Below, piece after piece: positions 46,204 through 50,613 of a stretch of 50,613 nucleotides of DNA (the stretch's first letter is position 1; every line of letters begins with the position of its first letter). This DNA is from an uncultured Sangeribacter sp. (lineage in GTDB: Bacteria; Bacteroidota; Bacteroidia; Bacteroidales; Muribaculaceae). The position numbers and the translations under genes were made by a program. The notes under the pieces are model-generated. The model was not told where the DNA came from, did not search any database, and saw nothing but the letters and a program-made list of their open reading frames with translations. Location of the stretch: contig CAZHCM010000001.1 of NCBI GenBank assembly GCA_964531005.1, positions 1-50,613 of the forward strand, in the 5' to 3' direction.

Positions 46204-46570
46204 AAAAAAAGCGGTGAGTCTTTTACTCTTGCTCGTCTCCCACACTCCGAGGCCTTCGCATTGCCCTATGCAGTAAGAAACGAACAACGCAGAAGCCCAC
46301 ACGCTCATATGACCATACCAGTCCAAAGGCTCCAGCGCACGTATGCGCCGAGCCTCGGACATGACAAATCATATCCACGGGCGTCAACCGTTGCTCAATC
46401 CCTGACCGCATATAGAAGTTGCGAAGTTCCGAAGTGTCAAGAACCAAGCGTCAAGTAACGCTTTTCCATATATGTCTCAACGGGGCGCGGCACGCCGCGG
46501 CCCTTGCATCACCCGCCGCTCACACCCCGGACCCGGGGCTTCTGCGAAGGGGTCTGTGGGCGCAAAGTTA
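46204..46570 (-). promoter_or_regulatory. Promoter (46563-46570) plus long structured attenuator-like leader
   Basis: Nested pairs acact/agtgt, cttcgca/tgcgaag, tatgc/gcata, caacg/cgttg, atatga/tcatat, aggctc/gagcct; a competing arm at 46210-46222 followed by a U7 tract on -. Confidence 0.6.
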
Positions 46571-46632
46571 GCATTTATTTCGAAGTATGGCAAACTTTCA
46601 GCCATTTTTTTGCCTGGGAAATGTATAATCCC

Positions 46633-47964
46633 TCATTCCTGCTTCTTGTAAGGAGCGGTGATGTCGGGGAGGGAGAGGCCGACGAAGCGGATGGTCCAGC
46701 CTTTGCGTTTCTGGAGGATGGAGGTGGCTTTTTCGCGCAGGGTGTGCAGGTCGACGCGCGAGGGGTTGCGTTTCACCTCGCCGATGACTATCTCGCGCTC
46801 CACCTCGTTGACGGCCACAAGGTCTATCTCGTTGCGGCCTCCCTTCTCCCAGTAGTTGGTCACCACGTTGTAGTCTCCCGTCTCGCGGAAGGCCTGGCGC
46901 CACCACCGCTCCAGCACCCAACCGGAAAAGGTGTCGTAATCGGCCTGCACCTTTTCCAATACATAGGCCAGATTACCGATCTCCACCGCGCTGCGATAAC
47001 GGTAGATGAAGCGAAACCAGAAGTTGAGGAAGTTGTCCTTGATGCCAAACTTCACGTTCTGGCTTCTCTCCGTGGCCATGAAGGGACGGTAACGGTAGAC
47101 GAGGTCATAGGAGGATTCGAGTTTGTCGAGATATCCTCCCGCCTCAATGCCTGTCAACGACTTGATGGCTCCTCGCTCGTTGACCCCGGAGGCGATGGCC
47201 GACAGGATGGAGAAGTAGTTGCCATAGTCCTTGCCAAACTCGTCGGATATCACCTCGCGGCCCTCTTCCAAAAAGTAGGAGCCATAGGAGAGCAACGCCG
47301 AAAGCATCGCCTGCTTCGTGAAGGCCCGGAGCATTACCAGCTGCTCCACATACTTCGCCACACCGCCGGTGACCATGTAGAAGGCAAGGAGGTCTTCCGC
47401 CGTATAGGCGGGGTTGTGGTCGGCCAGTATCTCGCGCAGGGTGGCCAGGGGGAAGGGGCGCAGACGCATACGCGCCGTGGCGCGTCCGTAGAGGGGCTCC
47501 TTGCGGTCGTCGAAGATCTTGGTCATCATCGAATAGAGAGATCCGCAGAGTACGAGGTTGATACGTACCTCCTCCTTGTTGGCGTCCCAGACGTTTTGCA
47601 GTTCGCTGAAGATGGCCTCGTTGACATACTTGAAGTTTTGAAACTCATCCATCACCAGCGTCACATGCCTTCGCTTGGCCATGTTCATTATGGCCGTGAG
47701 CAGTCGGCTCATGGAAGTGAAGTCCCCAAGGTCTTCCCCCATTTGATCGCGAATCGTCGCCGCCAGTTCCTGGCACAACAGAGCCTCGCTCTTCCGCGTC
47801 ACAAAGAAGTAGACGTAAGGGCGATCGGCATAGGCATGTTTGACCAGCGTGGTCTTGCCTATGCGCCGCCGACCGGTGATGACCGTCATCTGCGCAACCT
47901 CATGCGATCGCTTCTCTATCTCTCGGAGCACTGACGTCTCCATCTCCCTGTCGTAAAATCTCAT
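46633..47964 (-). CDS. Archaeal-type ATPase (ATPase_2) with wHTH and DUF234 / PD-(D/E)XK-like C-terminus
   Basis: FYDRE.E, GRRRIGKT, MDEFQN, PLYGR, TGGVAKY, DNFLNFWFRF, EIDLV...IGEVK. Confidence 0.88.
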   Translation of the reverse strand: MRFYDREMETSVLREIEKRSHEVAQMTVITGRRRIGKTTLVKHAYADRPYVYFFVTRKSEALLCQELAATIRDQMGEDLGDFTSMSRLLTAIMNMAKRRHVTLVMDEFQNFKYVNEAIFSELQNVWDANKEEVRINLVLCGSLYSMMTKIFDDRKEPLYGRATARMRLRPFPLATLREILADHNPAYTAEDLLAFYMVTGGVAKYVEQLVMLRAFTKQAMLSALLSYGSYFLEEGREVISDEFGKDYGNYFSILSAIASGVNERGAIKSLTGIEAGGYLDKLESSYDLVYRYRPFMATERSQNVKFGIKDNFLNFWFRFIYRYRSAVEIGNLAYVLEKVQADYDTFSGWVLERWWRQAFRETGDYNVVTNYWEKGGRNEIDLVAVNEVEREIVIGEVKRNPSRVDLHTLREKATSILQKRKGWTIRFVGLSLPDITAPYKKQE

Positions 47965-47969
47965 ATAAA

Positions 47970-48000
47970 TGCAACGGCTGTTACTGTAACCGCTGTTGCA
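47970..48000. promoter_or_regulatory. Imperfect 31-bp palindrome between promoter and ATPase start (operator or 5' hairpin)
   Basis: tgcaacggctgttac-t-gtaaccgctgttgca, abutting TAACTTTG at 47999-48006. Confidence 0.5.
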
Positions 48001-48138
48001 AAGTTAGCAAAAAAATCGCCAACCTCCAAATATCAGTACATCAGCCATCCTTTTTTAGCTTCAATTCACACCGATATTGTATTTTTGAGATTTTATTCAT
48101 AATTTTGTATCCAGAAGTCACATCAACACTATCCAAAC

Positions 48139-48381
48139 ATGCCCACAGTCTTCGACATATTCGGAATCCGCGCCTTCATAATTCCGGGCGACCATGAACC
48201 AATTCACGTGCACATCGAATCCGAAGGTGGGTTTGCAAAGATACAAGTTGCTCCGGAGGTAAGGGTGATCAAGCAAGAGGGTATCAAACCCGCTAAAATG
48301 AAGAAGGTAATCGCACTCGTGAGCAACTTTAGTGAAGAGATTATCGAGATGTGGAATAAGAATAACTCATTCAATCTTTAA
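48139..48381 (+). CDS. DUF4160-family protein (putative toxin)
   Basis: MPTVF.IFGIR.FI...DHEPIHVHI...AKI...W signature. Confidence 0.88.
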   Translation: MPTVFDIFGIRAFIIPGDHEPIHVHIESEGGFAKIQVAPEVRVIKQEGIKPAKMKKVIALVSNFSEEIIEMWNKNNSFNL

Positions 48382-48384
48382 GAT

Positions 48385-48807
48385 ATGGAGAAGATTCAAG
48401 AAATATGGTTTGATGGGGGACGCATTTTCATGCGGTCCGTGGCTGGAGGTCTGTTCAGCCGGCCCCTTGAAGCATTTCCCGTTTTGAAAGATGCCTCTGA
48501 CGTGCAACGTCAGCAATTCTACATTTGGGGTGGCGGGCAGTATGTGCGTTGGAAAGACCTGGATGAGGACCTGTCTGTAGACTCTTTCCTGGAGACGCAA
48601 GAGCCTAACTATGACAATGCCGTCTCCAGAATATTCCACCGCTGCCCTTGGCTGGACATAGCAGAGGTGGCCAAATTCATAGGTATGCCCAAGGCCGTCC
48701 TCGACAGATTCATCTACGGTATATGGCAACCTAAGGAGTCAACCTTGTCTGCCATCAAAAGTGGTATCCTGTCCATGAGCGCAGAGCTCTCCCGGGCTGT
48801 CAGCTAA
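48385..48807 (+). CDS. DUF2442-family protein with C-terminal HTH (putative antitoxin)
   Basis: PLEAFPVLKDAS..QR......VRWKDLDEDLSVDSF; then IAEVAKFIGM..AVL.RFIYG...PK. Confidence 0.82.
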   Translation: MEKIQEIWFDGGRIFMRSVAGGLFSRPLEAFPVLKDASDVQRQQFYIWGGGQYVRWKDLDEDLSVDSFLETQEPNYDNAVSRIFHRCPWLDIAEVAKFIGMPKAVLDRFIYGIWQPKESTLSAIKSGILSMSAELSRAVS

Positions 48808-49967
48808 CCCTCCAGCCGGTAGTCTCCGACGATGTCGGGGGATAGCAACAGAAGGGCAAAGCCAATCTCCACCTCACGGTTGGGGAAACGGAGGGTGTAC
48901 CTTTGTCGGCGAGGATCGTAGGAGTCGATGGTGAGATATCCAGTCTGGTACATCAACGCCACGGGATTCTGCATCCCCATCCCTACAGCCATCAGATCGC
49001 TGTAGGAGCGTGACTGTCCATTGATCTCCTCCGGATTGATGCCGCTTTTCTTTATCCGCTTGGCAAGAAATGTCGGCGTCCCGGTCTCAAACCAATATGG
49101 CTGGATCGTACGGCTATAGAGGGCCTTCAATACGCTGTAGGGATTGTAAAGCCGGCTTCCACGCTCTGCAAAAAGGTATCCGTCATAATAGCTCCGCAGG
49201 CTGTCAAGGGTAGCCGATGGAGTTTCGCCACGCTCTATGGCCAACTCGTCTATACCCTTCCGGAAACAGGCCGTCAATTCCTCCTCTGTCCATCCGCATA
49301 TCTCCTGATAGCGCACATACATGGAGATGTCGTTGAGATTGTTCAAGTCGCTAAATATGCTTACTTGGCTAAACCGGGCCACTCCCGTCAGTATGGCAAA
49401 CCGGATGTGATCGTCCATGGATTTGAGGTTGGAGAAGAACCCTTTGAGAAGACGCAGGTTGTTTTCATACAGCTCCGGGAAGTCCTCGATGCCGAGGAGC
49501 GGCTTGTCGTATTCATCTACAAGGATGGCGACCTGACGCCCTGTCTTGGCATGCACCTGACGGATGAGGTTTTCAAACCTGCTCACGACGTTGATGCCGC
49601 CTGGAGGCACGACATCATATTGCGCCTCATAAGTCTCAAGCCAACGGACGAGCCTTTCCTGCAGGCCGTCGGGCTGGTCGTACAGGCCTGAGTTCATGTC
49701 AAAATGGAGCACCGGAGAGGGAGTCCAGTCCATCTCCATCCGGTCGATGTCAAGTCCTCTGAAGAGGTCACGACGGCCATCGAAATATGCGTGGAAGGTG
49801 GAGAGCAGCAGGCTCTTGCCGAAGCGTCTGGGACGGCTAAGGAACACGTATTTCGACTCCGTGACCAACTGGGCCACGAAACGGGTCTTGTCGACATAGG
49901 CGTATCCTCCCTCCCTAAGCGAGGGGAAGGACTGTATGCCAATCGGGTATCTGATGCTATCGGCCAT
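48804..49967 (-). pseudogene. C-terminally truncated AAA-ATPase-like paralog of 717-2324, lacking the nuclease domain
   Basis: YPIGIQSF, RPRRFGKS, LVDEYDKP, QTGYLTI...FPNREV; homology stops at VEIGF, followed by a short unrelated tail overlapping the convergent stop. Confidence 0.75.
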
Positions 49968-50109
49968 AAATCCTGGGGTTTTCTACTCAGCGTCAAAGTT
50001 AGTAAAAATCTTCTGTACCGGCAAATATTCCTCGCGGAATAGGGAGTTTTCGAGGGTCGGTTGTTACTTCTTTAAGGGGGGTGACTGAAATTGAAGTACA
50101 CACACGCTT

Positions 50110-50613
50110 ATGGCAAATAGATTAGTAAAGATGATAGCCGCCCAAGGGCAGCACTACGGCCGGCGGGAGGCGTACCGCTTCTGCTGGCGTAAGGACGGGG
50201 AATGGCTCGAGACCTCCTGGGAGGAGTTTGCAGCCCAGGTGGACGTGGCCGCCCGCGCCCTGGCACGGCTCGGGATTCTGGAGAAGGACACGATAGCCAT
50301 CTGCTCGCCTAACACGCCGCAGATCCTCATCACGGAGTTCGGGGCCTTCCGCAACCGTGTGGCCTGCATACCGCTCTATTCCAGCAGTTCGCAGGAGCAG
50401 TTCGACTTCATCGTCACCAACGGCGGCGCCCGCATCATCTTCGTCGGCGACTCACACCAGTACCCCCTGGCCTACAACTACTGGAAGCGGAATCCGAAGC
50501 GCGTGCGGGCCATCGTGGTCTTCAAGAACGACGACGGGATGTCTCTCCACGAGGACGACACCGTCTCCATGCGGTGGGAAGACTTCGTGCGCCTCGGCAT
50601 GGAGGCCGACGAC
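50110..50613 (+). CDS. Long-chain acyl-CoA synthetase (AMP-binding), runs off the right edge
   Basis: My translation: MANRLVKMIAAQGQHYGRREAYRF...WLETSWEEF...A.ALARLGI...IAICSPN...CIPLYSSSS.EQ..FI...GARIIFVGD. Confidence 0.85.
   Translation, partial: MANRLVKMIAAQGQHYGRREAYRFCWRKDGEWLETSWEEFAAQVDVAARALARLGILEKDTIAICSPNTPQILITEFGAFRNRVACIPLYSSSSQEQFDFIVTNGGARIIFVGDSHQYPLAYNYWKRNPKRVRAIVVFKNDDGMSLHEDDTVSMRWEDFVRLGMEADD

Overview
A Bacteroidales-type window (many TAnnTTTG -7 promoters, a fimbrillin-like lipoprotein; Muribaculaceae-like is inference only). It is almost entirely minus-strand. The core is a roughly 28-kb eukaryote-like signalling and proteolysis island at about 8.9-36.8 kb. It opens with a tightly packed 12-gene operon (36443 to 21554): Zn-ribbon/FHA protein, kinase-FHA, FHA-TM-trypsin, a probable pseudo-trypsin, PP2C, two tandem [non-RD membrane Ser/Thr kinase + secreted Sel1 solenoid] modules, two exported proteins and DUF805. 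Two TPR-CHAT proteases, a trypsin lipoprotein, two exported metacaspases and an ECF sigma/anti-sigma pair follow. Directly upstream of the operon is an apparent invertible promoter: perfect 29-bp inverted repeats (36598-36626 and 36778-36806) enclose a Bacteroidetes promoter that points away from the operon in this assembly (OFF), which suggests phase variation. A second caspase operon (LRR-caspase, two paralogous beta-barrels, lipoprotein, DUF4384) lies at 41.2-46.1 kb. Two related long structured attenuator-like leaders, a candidate sRNA, a missed 42-aa secreted CxxCxGxG ORF and a REP doublet are also present. Flanking genes include a B12/iron-chelate ABC transporter, two toxin-antitoxin pairs, AAA-ATPase/nuclease genes, an AmpG-like MFS permease, xseAB and a partial acyl-CoA ligase. 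All family calls come from motif recognition by eye; no searches were run.
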